Below, one piece after another: positions 62,336 through 64,000 of a DNA stretch of 64,000 nucleotides. Location: contig OZ244651.1 of the NCBI GenBank assembly GCA_965218695.1, forward strand, positions 2,208,001-2,272,000, written 5' to 3'. The DNA comes from Nitrosopumilus sp. (GTDB lineage Archaea > Thermoproteota > Nitrososphaeria > Nitrososphaerales > Nitrosopumilaceae). The notes beneath the pieces were generated by a model. That model worked only from the letters and a program-made list of their open reading frames with translations, did not search any database and was not told the origin of the DNA. Within the stretch, counting starts at the first letter, position 1. Each line of letters opens with the position of its first letter. A program made the translations under genes and the position numbers.

Positions 62336-63457
62336 GTGAATTTTACAGACATCGGTCTTGACCAAATCTTCTCAACAGGCGACGACACCAACCCCCTGCT
62401 GATGCTGGTCTGGATCCTGCCGATAATCCTCTTTGTGTTCTACGGACAACGGATCCAGCTGTATGTGACCTCGGGGGAGATCAACAAGGCCATCAAGAAG
62501 CTTGACGGGTTCAGGACAGAGGCCAGAACCGAACTAATCAACTATGTGAATCAGAACCTAGAGCCAAAAGACGATCCGGTAAGGAAGATTAACCGCTTTC
62601 TGGACTATTTCACGATCATGCCAGTAGACATGGATCCTGCAGGCATAGTGGAAAAGGTCAGGCACACAGTCAGATCCAGGGAGGACTACACCAGGGAGCA
62701 TGCACGGTCACTCTCGCCTGGAGTCGGTGATCTGGAACTGAGCAAGGTTCAGACCCTAATCGAGATTGCATCCTCGCTGCAGATGATTCACAAGATCATC
62801 AACCACATGTTCCTGACTGCAAAGAGACAAAACAACTATCCGCTGATCCTGCCCCTGCAGATGATTCTCCCATTCATAATGGAGCATGCAGTGGCGATGA
62901 AGGAGGCAATCCCCGCATTCAAGTCAGGACAGCCCATAGGCGACGGGATAGGGCCCATGGTGGTTGGAAGAATGATGTTGGAGAGCAAAAAGGAGGCAGC
63001 GGCGTTTCAGACGGTTCTGGCAAGGACCGAGTTTGAGGGCAGGACGGTGCTTCTCCTGAAGGCAAAGGGGCCTGACTCCACTGTGGGACGGCCTGCAGAC
63101 GCGCTGGAGGGCATCATCTCCAAGGACAGGATGGACATGATAATAATGGTCGATGCGGCACTAAAGATGGAAGGTGAGGAGTCTGCGTCCGTGGCGCACG
63201 GGTTTGGCGCGGCAATAGGAGGAATCGGGACGGAGAGGTTTCAGATCGAGGCGGTTGCAACCGACAACGGCATCCCGGTACTCTCGATTGTGGTAAAGCA
63301 GTCGGTCCGGGAGGCCATAACCCTCATGACCAGGAACATATCCAATCAGGCAGACAACGTGCGATCCCAGGTGTATGAGATGATTCTTGAAAATACCCGG
63401 CCGGGCCAGTCAGTACTGGTGATTGGCGTGGGCAACACGGCAGGAGTTCTGCAATGA
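62336..63457 (+). CDS. DUF1512 family protein
   Basis: PIGDGIGP, GPDSTVG, VDAALKMEGE, GVGNT. Confidence 0.85.
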   Translation: MNFTDIGLDQIFSTGDDTNPLLMLVWILPIILFVFYGQRIQLYVTSGEINKAIKKLDGFRTEARTELINYVNQNLEPKDDPVRKINRFLDYFTIMPVDMDPAGIVEKVRHTVRSREDYTREHARSLSPGVGDLELSKVQTLIEIASSLQMIHKIINHMFLTAKRQNNYPLILPLQMILPFIMEHAVAMKEAIPAFKSGQPIGDGIGPMVVGRMMLESKKEAAAFQTVLARTEFEGRTVLLLKAKGPDSTVGRPADALEGIISKDRMDMIIMVDAALKMEGEESASVAHGFGAAIGGIGTERFQIEAVATDNGIPVLSIVVKQSVREAITLMTRNISNQADNVRSQVYEMILENTRPGQSVLVIGVGNTAGVLQ

Positions 63458-63636
63458 TTCACATGGAGAGGAAACTCACCAGAGAGTACACCGTTGAAAA
63501 GTGCACAAAGTGCGGCTCCTTGGAACAGAGAAAGTTTTCTGCAGGTGACATTCTGTTCAACGTATCTGGCAAATGCGCCTCATGCGACGGCGCGATGCGC
63601 ATCGAGAAGATCTTTGGCGAGACGCTATTCTACTAG
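63454..63636 (+). CDS. Small zinc-ribbon protein
   Basis: CxxC..CxxC; ATGA overlap with DUF1512 gene. Confidence 0.8.
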   Translation: MIHMERKLTREYTVEKCTKCGSLEQRKFSAGDILFNVSGKCASCDGAMRIEKIFGETLFY

Positions 63637-63646
63637 ACTGTCATTA

Positions 63647-64000
63647 TTATGCCTCGGTGGTGATGGTCACGCCGTTCTCGTTTGGAATAAACGTGTGTTC
63701 TGCCTGGGCCACCCTCTGCTCGTGTATCTCTACAAGGACTGGATATGCCTTGACTGCCTTCTTTTTAACCAGAAACTCCAGCAGTCTTCTTGCCTCGGCC
63801 CCCTCAAACTCTTCTGTCAGCCACCTAAGCGCAAAGGGCAGCATGTTAAAGCTCTCCCAGATAAAGTCAAGCATCCTATCTGCCTCCTTGTCCTTTGTCC
63901 TTTTACGGGAGTTCAAGGCAAAGATGTTCTTTGTCTTTCCGTTCCTGACGAATCCTCCCCCGTTCTTGGTTGTGACAAACGGCTCGCACGCATAGGCTGC
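63647..64000 (-). CDS. map: Methionine aminopeptidase type II, C-terminal part
   Basis: ACEPFVT, LPFALRW, YPVLVE, VAQAEHT. Confidence 0.92.
   Translation of the reverse strand, partial: AAYACEPFVTTKNGGGFVRNGKTKNIFALNSRKRTKDKEADRMLDFIWESFNMLPFALRWLTEEFEGAEARRLLEFLVKKKAVKAYPVLVEIHEQRVAQAEHTFIPNENGVTITTEA

Overview
Archaeal DNA, most consistent with a Nitrosopumilaceae-type ammonia-oxidising archaeon (TBP, exosome Csl4, thermosome, CofG/CofH, MptE, PAC2, DUF1512, type II Map). The host-associated (e.g. sponge symbiont) assignment is inference from the IS load. A housekeeping backbone (guaA, mptE, folP, guaB, pheA, csl4, ferritin, purM, htrA, cofGH, tldD/pmbA, tbp, map) is interrupted by about 15 IS elements or remnants (4 IS66, 4 IS630, 2 ISH3, 3 IS5-like, 1 IS110, 1 IS1595 fragment) plus MITEs, roughly 30% of the window and often nested. 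Two candidates for undescribed systems stand out. (1) Two cargo regions (47.8-52.1 kb and 58.3-62.3 kb) share one architecture: a GGTTCT-type end, a conserved ~100-bp arm, then co-oriented genes bracketed by a 23-bp inverted motif (GATCACCWRAATTTRCCAGWGCC). A tyrosine recombinase lies between the two regions, suggesting an integron-like cassette system. (2) A five-gene locus (7.9-13.6 kb) combines a Na+/solute symporter, a His-tailed thermosome paralog, a nickel transporter, an orphan urease-gamma-like protein and a ureohydrolase, suggesting Ni-dependent use of a guanidino compound. All calls were made by eye without database searches.
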